From an uncultured Victivallales bacterium (GTDB lineage Bacteria > Verrucomicrobiota > Lentisphaeria > Victivallales > CAZIVM01), in NCBI GenBank assembly GCA_964542845.1, contig CAZIVM010000040.1, positions 1 to 17,068 on the forward strand: a stretch of DNA of 17,068 nucleotides. Reading direction: 5' to 3'. Both the position numbers and the translations under genes were made by a program. The notes under the pieces are model-generated. The model had not been told where the DNA came from and made no database searches. It saw nothing but the letters and a program-made list of their open reading frames with translations. Below are positions 17,054-17,068 of this stretch, one piece after another (position 1 is the first letter of the stretch; each line of letters starts with the position of its first letter).

Positions 17054-17068
17054 TGTAGAAAAAGTTTG

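Noticed and set aside
1-17068. CRISPR arrays, IS elements, toxin-antitoxin or defence systems
   Set aside because: No spaced direct-repeat arrays, no transposase/integrase-like ORFs, no terminal inverted repeats with target-site duplications and no short paired ORFs were seen on either strand.

Overview
Chromosomal-looking region of roughly 40% GC, most likely from a gammaproteobacterium. The tRNA-Tyr closely matches the enterobacterial sequence, and rnfABCDGE, yqiJK-like and pst genes are all present. No integrase, transposase, phage, CRISPR or defence genes are visible. The window contains, left to right, the following genes and elements. (1) A co-directional minus-strand cluster of three predicted lipoproteins: a 338-aa protein with no recognisable family, then two tandem paralogous ~130-aa lipoproteins. 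It is transcribed divergently from (2). (2) A phosphate-transport/regulation operon pstC-pstA-pstB-phoU-phoB. It has no pstS in front and no phoR behind. PstC carries a ~220-aa in-frame extracytoplasmic insertion whose sequence looks like a LamG/concanavalin-A-like jelly-roll domain. (3) A ~680-bp intergenic region holding three copies of a ~45-bp double-hairpin repeat, two direct and one inverted, plus a minus-strand tRNA-Tyr(GTA) with its own terminator. (4) An NfeD-like (YqiJ-like) membrane protein and a flotillin/SPFH (YqiK-like) protein, followed by a clean rho-independent terminator. (5) A complete rnfABCDGE operon (Rnf/Rsx ion-translocating ferredoxin:NAD oxidoreductase). Its RnfB is the long, multi-ferredoxin form and its RnfE has an unusual Cys-rich C-terminal tail. 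(6) thiG (thiazole synthase), with no adjacent thiS/thiF/thiE, tightly coupled to a small GNAT-like protein and then a terminator. The most unusual item is the domain insertion in PstC. The uncharacterised lipoprotein trio and the structured repeat family flanking tRNA-Tyr are the other regions worth follow-up.
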